DNA of 64,000 nucleotides from Eledone cirrhosa (lineage: Eukaryota), in assembly GCA_964016885.1 (NCBI GenBank), contig OZ024755.1, positions 41,230,001 to 41,294,000 on the forward strand, written 5' to 3'. Position numbers and translations under genes: made by a program. Under the pieces are notes generated by a model. It saw only the letters and a list, made by a program, of their open reading frames with translations, made no database searches and was not told the origin of the DNA. How positions within the stretch are numbered: position 1 is the stretch's first letter; each line of letters starts with the position of its first letter. Shown here piece after piece: positions 45,001-56,607 of this stretch.

Positions 45001-48000
45001 ATGTCCAGTCTGTCAGATTCCATGGTGATCCCTGTTCTCTATGTCCAGCCTGTCAGATTCCATGGTGATCCCTGTTCTCTATGTCCAGTCTGTCAGATTC
45101 CATGGTGATCCCTGTTCTCTATGTCCAGCCTGTCAGATTCCATGGTGATCCCTGTTCTCTATGTCCAGCCTGTCAGATTCCATGGTGATCCCTGTTCTCT
45201 ATGTCCAGTCTGTCAGATTCCATGTTGATCCCTGTTCTCTATGTCCAGCCTGTCAGATTCCATGGTGATCCCTGTTCTCTATGTCCAGTCTGTCAGATTC
45301 CATGGTGATCCCTGTTCTCTATGTCCAGCCTGTCAGATTCCATGGTGATCCCTGTTCTCTATGTCCAGCCTGTCAGATTCCATGGTGATCCCTGTTCTCT
45401 ATGTCCAGTCTGTCAGATTCCATGGTGATCCCTGTTCTCTATGTCCAGCCTGTTAGATTCCATGGTGATCCCTGTTCTCTATGTCCAGCCTGTTAGATTC
45501 CATGGTGATCCCTGTTCTCTACGTCCAGTCTGTCAGATTCCATGGTGATCCCTGTTCTCTATGTCCAGTCTGTCAGATTCCATGGTGATCCCTGTTCTCT
45601 ATGTCCAGTCTGTCAGATTCCATGGTGATCCCTGTTCTCTATGTCCAGCCTGTCAGATTCCATGGTGATCCCTGTTCTCTATGTCCAGTCTGTCAGATTC
45701 CATGGTGATCCCTGTTCTCTATGTCCAGCCTGTCAGATTCCATGGTGATCCCTGTTCTCTATGTCCAGTCTGTCAGATTCCATCGTGATCCCTGTTCTCT
45801 ATGTCCAGCCTGTCAGATTCCATGGTGATCCCTGTTCTCTATGTCCAGCCTGTCAGATTCCATGGTGATCCCTGTTCTCTATGTCCAGCCTGTCAGATTC
45901 CATGGTGATCCCTGTTCTCTATGTCCAGCCTGTCAGATTCCATGGTGATCCCTGTTCTCTATGTCCAGCCTGTAAGATTCCATGGTGATCCCTGTTCTCT
46001 ATGTCCAGTCTGTTAGATTCCATGGTGATCCCTGTTCTCTATGTCCAGTCTGTTAGATTCCATGGTGATCTCTGTTCTCTATGTCCAGTCTGTCAAATTC
46101 CATGGTGATCCCTGTTCTCTATGTCCAGTCTGTTAGATTCCATGGTGATCCCTGTTCTCTATGTCCAGTCTGTTAGATTCCATGGTGATCCCTGTTCTCT
46201 ATGTCCAGTCTGTCAGATTCCATGGTGATCCCTGTTCTCTATGTCCAGTCTGTCAGATTCCATGGTGATCCCTGTTCTCTATGTCCAGTCTGTTAGATTC
46301 CATGGTGATCCCTGTTCTCTATGTCCAGTCTGTTAGATTCCATGGTGATCCCTGTTCTCTATGTCCAGTCTGTCAGATTCCATGGTGATCCCTGTTCTCT
46401 ACGTCCAGTCTGTCAGATTCCATGGTGATCCCTGTTCTCTATGTCCAGCCTGTTAGATTCCATGGTGATCCCTGTTCTCTACGTCCAGTCTGTCAGATTC
46501 CATGGTGATCCCTGTTCTCTATGTCCAGCCTGTCAGATTCCATGGTGATCCCTGTTCTCTATGTCCAGCCTGTCAGATTCCATGGTGATCCCTGTTCTCT
46601 ATGTCCAGTCTGTTAGATTCCATGGTGATCCCTGTTCTCTATGTCCAGTCTGTTAGATTCCATGGTGATCTCTGTTCTCTATGTCCAGTCTGTCAGATTC
46701 CATGGTGATCCCTGTTCTCTATGTCCAGTCTGTTAGATTCCATGGTGATCCCTGTTCTCTATGTCCAGTCTGTTAGATTCCATGGTGATCCCTGTTCTCT
46801 ATGTCCTGTCTGTCAGATTCCATGGTGATCCCTGTTCTCTACGTCCAGTCTGTCAGATTCCATGGTGATCCCTGTTCTCTATGTCCAGTCTGTCAGATTC
46901 CATGGTGATCCCTGTTCTCTACGTCCAGTCTGTCTGATTCCATGGTCATCCCTGTTCTCTATGTCCAGCCTGTCAGATTCCATGGTGATCCCTGTTCTCT
47001 ATGTCCAGTCTATCAGATTCCATGGTGATCCCTGTTCTCTATGTCCAGCCTGTCAGATTCCATGGTGATCCCTGTTCTCTATGTCCAGCCTGTCAGATTC
47101 CATGGTGATCCCTGTTCTCTACGTCCAGTCTGTCTGATTCCATGGTGATCCCTGTTCTCTATGTCCAGCCTGTCAGATTCCATGGTGATCCCTGTTCTCT
47201 ATGTCCAGTCTGTCAGATTCCATGGTGATCCCTGTTCTCTATGTCCAGCCTGTCAGATTCCATGGTGATCCCTGTTCTCTATGTCCAGCCTGTCAGATTC
47301 ATGGTGATCCCTGTTCTCTATGTCCAGCCTGTCAGATTCCATGGTGATCCCTGTTCTCTACGTCCAGTCTGTCTGATTCCATGGTGATCCCTGTTCTCTA
47401 TGTCCAGCCTGTCAGATTCCATGTTGATCCCTGTTCTCTATGTCAGTCTGTCAGATTCCATGGTGATCCCTGTTCTCTATGTCCAGCCTGTCAGATTCCA
47501 TGGTGATCCCTGTTCTCTATGTCCAGCCTGTCAGATTCCATGGTGATCCCTGTTCTCTATGTCCAGTCTGTCAGATTCCATGGTGATCCCTGTTCTCTAT
47601 GTCCAGCCTGTCAGATTCCATGGTGATCCCTGTTCTCTATGTCCAGTCTGTCAGATTCCATGGTGATCCCTGTTCTCTATGTCCAGTCTGTCAGATTTCA
47701 TGGTGATCCCTGTTCTCCATGTCCAGTCTGTCACATTCCATGGTGATCCCTGTTCTCTATGTCCAGTCTGTCAGATTCCATGGTGATCCCTGTTCTCTAT
47801 GTCCAGTCTGTCAGATTCCATGGTGATCCCTGTTCTCTATGTCCAGTCTGTCAGATTCCATGGTGATCCCTGTTCTCTATGTCCAGTCTGTCAGATTCCA
47901 TGGTGATCCCTGTTCTCTACGTCCAGTCTGTCAGATTCCATGGTGATCCCTGTTCTCTATGTCCAGCCTGTCAGATTCCATGGTGATCCCTGTTCTCTAT

Positions 48001-51000
48001 GTCCAGCCTGTCAGATTCCATGGTGATCCCTGTTCTCTATGTCCAGCCTGTCAGATTCCATGGTGATCCCTGTTCTCTATGTCCAGTCTGTCAGATTCCA
48101 TGGTGATCCCTGTTCTCTATGTCCAGCCTGTCAGATTCCATGGTGATCCCTGTTCTCTATGTCCAGCCTGTCAGATTCCATGGTGATCCCTGTTCTCTAT
48201 GTCCAGCCTGTCAGATTCCATGGTGATCCCTGTTCTCTATGTCCAGCCTGTCAGATTCCATGGTGATCCCTGTTCTCTATGTCCAGTCTGTCAGATTCCA
48301 TGGTGATCCCTGTTCTCTATGTCCAGCCTGTCAGATTCCATGGTGATCCCTGTTCTCTATGTCCAGCCTGTCAGATTCCATGGTGATCCCTGTTCTCTAT
48401 GTCCAGTCTGTTAGATTCCATGGTGATCCCTGTTCTCTATGTCCAGCCTGTCAGATTCCATGGTGATCCCTCTTCTCTATGTCCAGCCTGTCAGATTCCA
48501 TGGTGATCCCTGTTCTCTATGTCCAGCCTGTCAGATTCCATGGTGATCCCTGTTCTCTATGTCCAGTCTGTCAGATTCCATGGTGATCCCTGTTCTCTAT
48601 GTCCAGTCTGTCAGATTTCATGGTGATCCCTGTTCTCCATGTCCAGTCTGTCACATTCCATGGTGATCCCTGTTCTCTATGTCCAGTCTGTCAGATTCCA
48701 TGGTGATCCCTGTTCTCTATGTCCAGTCTGTCAGATTCCATGGTGATCCCTGTTCTCTATGTCCAGTCTGTCAGATTCCATGGTGATCCCTGTTCTCTAT
48801 GTCCAGTCTGTCAGATTCCATGGTGATCCCTGTTCTCTACGTCCAGTCTGTCAGATTCCATGGTGATCCCTGTTCTCTATGTCCAGCCTGTCAGATTCCA
48901 TGGTGATCCCTGTTCTCTATGTCCAGCCTGTCAGATTCCATGGTGATCCCTGTTCTCTATGTCCAGCCTGTCAGATTCCATGGTGATCCCTGTTCTCTAT
49001 GTCCAGTCTGTCAGATTCCATGGTGATCCCTGTTCTCTATGTCCAGCCTGTCAGATTCCATGGTGATCCCTGTTCTCTATGTCCAGCCTGTCAGATTCCA
49101 TGGTGATCCCTGTTCTCTATGTCCAGCCTGTCAGATTCCATGGTGATCCCTGTTCTCTATGTCCAGCCTGTCAGATTCCATGGTGATCCCTGTTCTCTAT
49201 GTCCAGTCTGTCAGATTCCATGGTGATCCCTGTTCTCTATGTCCAGCCTGTCAGATTCCATGGTGATCCCTGTTCTCTATGTCCAGCCTGTCAGATTCCA
49301 TGGTGATCCCTGTTCTCTATGTCCAGTCTGTTAGATTCCATGGTGATCCCTGTTCTCTATGTCCAGCCTGTCAGATTCCATGGTGATCCCTCTTCTCTAT
49401 GTCCAGCCTGTCAGATTCCATGGTGATCCCTGTTCTCTATGTCTAGTCTGTCAGATTCCATGGTGATCCCTGTTCTCTATGTCCAGCCTGTCAGATTCCA
49501 TGGTGATCCCTGTTCTCTATCTCCAGTCTGTCAGATTCCATGGTGATCCCTGTTCTCTATGTCCAGCCTGTTAGATTCCATGGTGATCCCTGTTCTCTAC
49601 GTCCAGTCTGTCAGATTCCATGGTGATCCCTGTTCTCTATGTCCAGTCTGTCAGATTCCATGGTGATCCGTGTTCTCTATGTCCAGTCTGTCAGATTTCA
49701 TGGTGATCCCTGTTCTCTATGTCCAGTCTGTCAGATTTCATGGTGATCCCTGTTCTCCATGTCCAGTCTGTCACATTCCATGGTGATCCCTGTTCTCCAT
49801 GTCCAGTCTGTCAGATTCCATGGTGATCCCTGTTCTCTATGTCCAGCCTGTCAGATTCCATGGTGATCCCTGTTCTCTCTGTCCAGTCTGTCAGATTCCA
49901 TGGTGATCCCTGTTCTCTATGTCCAGTCTGTCAGATTCCATGGTGATCCCTGTTCTCTATGTCCAGCCTGTCAGATTCCATGGTGATCCCTGTTCTCTAT
50001 GTCCAGCCTGTCAGATTCCATGGTGATCCCTGTTCTCTATGTCCAGTCTGTCAGATTCCATGGTGATCCCTGTTCTCTATGTCCAGCCTGTCAGATTCCA
50101 TGGTGATCCCTGTTCTCTATGTCCAGCCTGTCAGATTCCATGGTGATCCCTGTTCTCTATGTCCAGTCGGTCAGATTCCATGGTGATCCCTTTTCTCTAT
50201 GTCCAGCCTGTCAGATTCCATGGTGATCCCTGTTCTCTATGTCCAGCCTGTCAGATTCCATGGTGATCCCTGTTCTCTATGTCCAGCCTGTCAGATTCCA
50301 TGGTGATCCCTGTTCTCTATGTCCAGCCTGTCAGATTCCATGGTGATCTCTGTTCTCTATGTCCAGCCTGTCAGATTCCATGGTGATCCCTGTTCTCTAT
50401 GTCCAGCCTGTCAGATTCCATGGTGATCCCTGTTCTCTATGTCCAGCCCTGTCAGATTCCATGGTGATCCCTGTTCTCTATGTCCAGTCTGTCAGATTCC
50501 ATGGTGATCCCTGTTCTCTATGTCCAGCCTGTCAGATTCCATGGTGATCCCTGTTCTCTATGTCCAGCCTGTCAGATTCCATGGTGATCCCTGTTCTCTA
50601 TGTCCAGCCTGTCAGATTCCATGGTGATCCCTGTTCTCTATGTCCAGCCTGTCAGATTCCATGGTGATCCCTGTTCTCTATGTCCAGTCTGTCAGATTCC
50701 ATGGTGATCCCTGTTCTCTATGTCCAGCCTGTCAGATTCCATGGTGATCCCTGTTCTCTATGTCCAGCCTGTCAGATTCCATGGTGATCCCTGTTCTCTA
50801 TGTCCAGTCTGTTAGATTCCATGGTGATCCCTGTTCTCTATGTCCAGTCTGTTAGATTCCATGGTGATCCCTGTTCTCTATGTCCAGTCTGTCAGATTCC
50901 ATGGTGATCCCTGTTCTCTATGTCCAGTCTGTTAGATTCCATGGTGATCCCTGTTCTCTATGTCCAGTCTGTTAGATTCCATGGTGATCCCTGTTCTCTA

Positions 51001-54000
51001 TGTCCAGTCTGTCAGATTCCATGGTGATCCCTGTTCTCTACGTCCAGTCTGTCAGATTCCATGGTGATCCCTGTTCTCTACGTCCAGTCTGTCTGATTCC
51101 ATGGTGATCCCTGTTCTCTATGTCCAGTCTGTTAGATTCCATGGTGATCCCTGTTCTCTATGTCCAGTCTGTTAGATTCCATGGTGATCCCTGTTCTCTA
51201 TGTCCAGTCTGTTAGATTCCAAGGTGATCCCTGTTCTCTATGTCCAGCCTGTCAGATTCCATGGTGATCCCTCTTCTCTACGTCCAGTCTGTCAGATTCC
51301 ATGGTGATCCCTGTTCTCTATGTCCAGTCTGTCAGATTCCATGGTGATCCCTGTTCTCTATGTCCAGTCTGTCAGATTTCATGGTGATCCCTGTTCTCTA
51401 TGTCCAGTCTGTCAGATTCGATGGTGATCCCTGTTCTCCATGTCCAGTCTGTCACATTCCATGGTGATCCCTGTTCTCCATGTCCAGTCTGTCAGATTCC
51501 ATGGTGATCCCTGTTCTCTATGTCCAGTCTGTCAGATTCCATGTTGATCCCTGTTCTCTATGTCCAGTCTGTCAGATTCCATGGTGATCCCTGTTCTCTA
51601 TGTCCAGTCTGTCAGATTCCATGGTGATCCCTGTTCTCTATGTCCAGTCTGTCAGATTCCATGGTGATCCCTGTTCTCTATGTCCAGCCTGTCAGATTCC
51701 ATGGTGATCCCTGTTCTCTACGTCCAGTCTGTCAGATTCCATGGTGATCCCTGTTCTCTATGTCCAGCCTGTCAGATTCCATGGTGATCCCTGTTCTCTA
51801 TGTCCAGTCTGTCAGATTCCATGGTGATCCCTGTTCTCTATGTCCAGCCTGTTAGATTCCATGGTGATCCCTGTTCTCTACGTCCAGTCTGTCAGATTCC
51901 ATAGTGATCCCTGTTCTCTATGTCCAGTCTGTCAGATTTCATGGTGATCCCTGTTCTCCATGTCCAGTCTGTCACATTCCATGGTGATCCCTGTTCTCCA
52001 TGTCCAGTCTGTCAGATTCCATGGTGATCCCTGTTCTCTATGTCCAGTCTGTCAGATTCCATGGTGATCCCTGTTCTCTATGTCCAGTCTGTCAGATTCC
52101 ATGGTGATCCCTGTTCTCTATGTCCAGTCTGTCAGATTTCATGGTGATCCCTGTTCTCTATGTCCAGTCTGTCAGATTTCATGGTGATCCCTGTTCTCCA
52201 TGTCCAGTCTGTCACATTCCATGGTGATCCCTTTTCTCCATGTCCAGTCTGTCAGATTCCATGGTGATCCCTGTTCTCTATGTCCAGTCTGTCAGATTCC
52301 ATGGTGATCCCTGTTCTCTATGTCCAGTCTGTCAGATTTCATGGTGATCCCTGTTCTCTATGTCCAGTCTGTCAGATTCCATGGTGATCCCTGTTCTCTA
52401 TGTCCAGTCTGTCAGATTCCATGGTGATCCCTGTTCTCTATGTCCAGTCTGTCAGATTCCATGGTGATCCCTGTTCTCTATGTCCAGCCTGTCAGATTCC
52501 ATGGTGATCCCTGTTCTCTATGTCCAGCCTGTCAGATTCCATGGTGATCCCTGTTCTCTATGTCCAGCCTGTCAGATTCCATGGTGATCCATGTTCTCTA
52601 TGTCCAGCCTGTCAGATTCCATGGTGATCCCTGTTCTCTATGTCCAGCCTGTCAGATTCCATGGTGATCCCTGTTCTCTATGTCCAGCCTGTCAGATTCC
52701 ATGGTGATCCCTGTTCTCTATGTCCAGTCTGTCAGATTCCATGGTGATCCCTGTTCTCTATGTCCAGCCTGTCAGATTCCATGGTGATCCCTGTTCTCTA
52801 TGTCCAGCCTGTCAGATTCCATGGTGATCCCTGTTCTCTATGTCCAGTCTGTCAGATTCCATGGTGATCCCTGTTCTCTATGTCCAGCCTGTCAGATTCC
52901 ATGGTGATCCCTGTTCTCTATGTCCAGCCTGTCAGATTCCATGGTGATCCCTGTTCTCTATGTCCAGTCTGTCAGATTCCATGGTGATCCCTGTTCTCTA
53001 TGTCCAGCCTGTCAGATTCCATGGTGATCCCTGTTCTCTATGTCCAGCCTGTCAGATTCCATGGTGATCCCTGTTCTCTATGTCCAGTCTGTCAGATTCC
53101 ATGGTGATCCCTGTTCTCTATGTCCAGTCTGTCAGATTCCATGGTGATCCCTGTTCTCTATGTCCAGTCTGTCAGATTCCATGGTGATCCCTGTTCTCTA
53201 TGTCCAGTCTGTCAGATTCCATGGTGATCCCTGTTCTCTATGTCCAGCCTGTCAGATTCCATGGTGATCCCTGTTCTCTACGTCCAGTCTGTCAGATTCC
53301 ATGGTGATCCCTGTTCTCTATGTCCAGCCTGTCAGATTCCATGGTGATCCCTGTTCTCTATGTCCAGTCTGTCAGATTCCATGGTGATCCCTGTTCTCTA
53401 TGTCCAGCCTGTTAGATTCCATGGTGATCCCTGTTCTCTACGTCCAGTCTGTCAGATTCCATGGTGATCCCTGTTCTCTATGTCCAGTCTGTCAGATTTC
53501 ATGGTGATCCCTGTTCTCCATGTCCAGTCTGTCACATTCCATGGTGATCCCTGTTCTCCATGTCCAGTCTGTCAGATTCCATGGTGATCCCTGTTCTCTA
53601 TGTCCAGTCTGTCAGATTCCATGGTGATCCCTGTTCTCTATGTCCAGTCTGTCAGATTCCATGGTGATCCCTGTTCTCTATGTCCAGTCTGTCAGATTTC
53701 ATGGTGATCCCTGTTCTCTATGTCCAGTCTGTCAGATTTCATGGTGATCCCTGTTCTCCATGTCCAGTCTGTCACATTCCATGGTGATCCCTGTTCTCCA
53801 TGTCCAGTCTGTCAGATTCCATGGTGATCCCTGTTCTCTATGTCCAGTCTGTCAGATTCCATGGTGATCCCTGTTCTCTATGTCCAGTCTGTCAGATTCC
53901 ATGGTGATCCCTGTTCTCTATGTCCAGTCTGTCAGATTCCATGGTGATCCCTGTTCTCTATGTCCAGTCTGTCAGATTCCATGGTGATCCCTGTTCTCTA

Positions 54001-54327
54001 TGTCCAGTCTGTCAGATTCCATGGTGATCCCTGTTCTCTATGTCCAGCCTGTCAGATTCCATGGTGATCCCTGTTCTCTATGTCCAGCCTGTCAGATTCC
54101 ATGGTGATCCCTGTTCTCTATGTCCAGCCTGTCAGATTCCATGGTGATCCCTGTTCTCTATGTCCAGCCTGTCAGATTCCATGGTGATCCCTGTTCTCTA
54201 TGTCCAGTCTGTCAGATTCCATGGTGATCCCTGTTCTCTATGTCCAGCCTGTCAGATTCCATGGTGATCCCTGTGTCCAGCCTGTCAGATTCCATGGTGT
54301 TCTCTGTGACCAGGCTGCCATTTTCCA
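1..54327. repeat. 40-bp tandem satellite array, ~1356 monomers, open at the window's left edge
   Basis: Consensus CCAGTCTGTCAGATTCCATGGTGATCCCTGTTCTCTATGT repeats head-to-tail. CCAG falls at 1 and at 54244 (=1+1356x40+3 net indels). There are no spacers or insertions. The array decays through 33-bp units at 54241-54327. Confidence 0.99.
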
Positions 54328-54540
54328 CCGCAAAACTGGGAGAAGGGCGTCTCACCCGAGGAAATAGCCCCGAGAGGTGGAATGGTTGATGCAGCAGGTA
54401 ACGCTGGCTATTCCCCAAGACAATGCATACGTTATCATGCTGCTGAGATATGCCACCTAACTGCTGACTCCCTCCCCTTTTATCTTCGACATAAAACTGT
54501 CTATTAAAACCTTTAAGTTATGTTCTTATCATCAGCTTAA

Positions 54541-54717
54541 TAATTGTTTCTACGTTTGGCACAAGGCCAGCAATTACCCAGTGAATTACTGGTACTTTAT
54601 TTTATCGACCCCGTAAGGATGAAAGGCAAAGTTAACCTCGGCAGGATTTGAACTCAGAATGGAAAGGGCTGTAACTCTTTGCGTCAAAGCATGGCGTCCG
54701 ACCCTCTACCGATACTG
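54541..54717 (-). mobile_element. tRNA-derived SINE, near full length
   Basis: The reverse complement matches the + copy at 59774-59950 (9 mismatches in 177 nt by eye). It includes a B-box-like GAGTTCAAATCC and the core GGGGTCGATAAAATAAAGTACCAGT. Confidence 0.88.
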
Positions 54718-54721
54718 AATG

Positions 54722-54853
54722 ATTTCTACTTCAGACATAAGGCTAGTAATTTAAAGGGGAGCGGAAATCGATTAAATTGACCCTAGTGTATTACTGGTAC
54801 TTTATTTTATCGACCCCGTAAGGATGAAAGGCAAAACTAACTTTGGCGGGATT
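54722..54853 (-). mobile_element. 5'-truncated SINE of a related subfamily
   Basis: Shares TACTGGTACTTTATTTTATCGACCCCGTAAGGATGAAAGGCAAA with the adjacent copy but has a different 3' segment and lacks the tRNA head. Confidence 0.8.
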
Positions 54854-55117
54854 AACATCAGCTTAATAATGAAAAAGTTAGTTGTGTTAATAAATCTTGA
54901 TTATTTTCAAAATAATTTGAAAATTGTTGATAGTTTTTAAGTAAGTAATATGGTAACGAATAATATGGCAAGTAATATGGTAACGAATTACTTCCTTCTT
55001 TCTCTTTATCTCCTCCGTCCTTTTTGCTCCCCTTGGAAATACACACAACTGGATATAAACATTTCAATTCATAAAACTTAACCTTTCATAATAATAATAA
55101 TTTTTTTTATTCCCCAG

Positions 55118-55278
55118 TGATGGATCTCTTCTAACTGACGAAATATTGCTTCAACTGGACAAAACGGTCACTAGATGTAGCCACATGTTAGCATGCAAAA
55201 AATGGAATCCTATAGATTGTACTTACAGACAGCGTCCTTGTAACGACACCAACTTTGCTAAAGTGAGGTGTGAAAATG
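55118..55278 (+). CDS. Internal exon A of a multi-SRCR-domain gene (C-terminal half of a divergent SRCR domain)
   Basis: Splice sites ttttattccccag|...G|gtaatt. 161 nt, phase 2 to 1, open: DGSLLTDEILLQLDKTVTRCSHMLACKKWNPIDCTYRQRPCNDTNFAKVRCEN. Cys spacing and AKVRC resemble the SRCR end motif (AGVxC). Splices in frame to exon B. Confidence 0.75.
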
Positions 55279-55307
55279 GTAATTCACATCGTTTTCTTTC
55301 AATGTGC

Positions 55308-55701
55308 TAGCGATGAGGATGGTGTTTGTGGTCATAGCAACGAGGGGGGTGTTTGTGGTCATAGCAACGAGGGGGGTGTTTGTGGTCATAGCAACGAGGG
55401 AGGTGTTTGTGGTCATGACAACGAGGGAGGTGCTTGTGGTCATGACAACGAGGGTGGTGTTTGTTGTCATAGCGATGAGGGGGTGTTTGTGGTCATGACA
55501 ACGAGGGAGGTGTTTGTGGTCATGACAACGAGAGTGGTGTTTGTGGTCATAGCGATGAGGGGGTGTTTGTGGTCATGACAACGAGGGAGGTGTTTGTGGT
55601 CATGACAACGAGAGTGGTGTTTGTGGTCATAGCGATGAGGGGGTGTTTGTGGTCATGACAACGAGGGTGGTGCTTGTGGTCATAGCGATGAGGATGGTGT
55701 T
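55308..55701. repeat. 27-bp (some 26-bp) intronic minisatellite, ~14.5 copies
   Basis: Unit approximately CATRRCAACGAGGGRGGTGTTTGTGGT. It begins and ends with the identical TAGCGATGAGGATGGTGTT. An 80-bp three-unit block recurs at ~55468, 55548 and 55628. Confidence 0.95.
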
Positions 55702-55707
55702 AAACAT

Positions 55708-55808
55708 GGGGTCGATAAATAAAGTACTAGTAATGTACTGGGATAATTGCTGGCCTTGTGCCAAAAGTAGAAACTATTATTATTATTATTGTTGTTGATG
55801 ATGATGAT
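55708..55808 (+). mobile_element. 3' fragment of the same SINE family with a (TAT)n/(GAT)n tail
   Basis: GGGGTCGATAAATAAAGTAC...GGCCTTGTGCCAAAAGTAGAAAC followed by a trinucleotide tail; matches the 3' half of 59774-59950. Confidence 0.82.
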
Positions 55809-55838
55809 TTCTATCAATTCTGTCTTCCATTTGTCTAG

Positions 55839-55974
55839 AAATATATCGTGTGGCCGGTGGAGGAAAATCTTATGGAGAATTTCACCTAAAACTAGGTGGA
55901 ATATGGGGTCGAGTGTGTTCAAGTAAGTTCAATCAATATGGAGCAAAACTTGCCTGCAACACACTTGGATTTGA
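55839..55974 (+). CDS. Internal exon B, SRCR domain N-terminal half
   Basis: Splice sites ttccatttgtctag|...GA|gtaagt. 136 nt, phase 1 to 2: IYRVAGGGKSYGEFHLKLGGIWGRVCSSKFNQYGAKLACNTLGF. Fits the SRCR pattern RLxGG...G...GxWGxVC...A.vaCrqLGF. Confidence 0.88.
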
Positions 55975-56042
55975 GTAAGTTCCTTTAGAATCTTTGTTTT
56001 ATAAATATTTTATGACTATTTCATTTCAGGTTTTATTAAATA

Positions 56043-56522
56043 CTAGCTGAGGTACCCGGCTTCGCCCGGGAGAACAGTTAAGAGAAGACAGATAAAAGAG
56101 AAAACGACTGTATTGGATGTGGTGTCTGGTATGAGGTGAGACCCTAATGTGTGTGTGAGTGTGTGAGAGAGAGACACGAAAAAAAAAAACAATCATAAAA
56201 CTTCCTTATTAGGCTGGGGGAGTAAACTGCCGATTAAATGGTAGCATTGGCCTTGGATTTTAAATGTTGTGAAATAACCATAGTCAGTGTGATCTTTTAC
56301 AGCTCCAAAGGACGACACCTGAAACACAGCAATATACCACATAACATTGCTTCTGAAGTGTTGCTTCGTTAGTATGGTCTGTAAGCACTATATGGATAAA
56401 AGCTGGAGGGTAGATTAATTTCAAATAGTATCAATTTTTCTTTGTTCTGTAAAATCAAAGACTGTAAAATAACTTTATAAAAGCTAACGCAATTGTTGAA
56501 CCTTCAACTGATACTTTTGTGG

Positions 56523-56607
<85 letters not shown>

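Noticed and set aside
858-50547. Short ORFs (MVIPV.../MSSLSDS...) in the satellite
   Set aside because: They arise where a point variant removes the recurring TGA in the 120-bp frame cycle; there is no coding evidence.
1-54240. CRISPR-like array
   Set aside because: Monomers are contiguous with no unique spacers, there are no cas genes, and the context is eukaryotic.
1-54240. Hammerhead in the satellite minus strand (CTGACAGA...GAGAAC)
   Set aside because: There is no GAAA box and no credible stems I-III, unlike ribozyme-bearing satellites such as newt satellite 2.
54314-54397. Possible exon (ccag|GCTG...CAG|gtaacg) just after the array
   Set aside because: Two frames have stops. The open frame is not SRCR-like and ends in phase 0, which is incompatible with the phase-2 start of exon A.
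55258-55578. Repetitive ORFs (GVCGHSNEG / VVMTT)
   Set aside because: These are translations of the intronic 27-bp minisatellite, and the 26-bp units break the frame.
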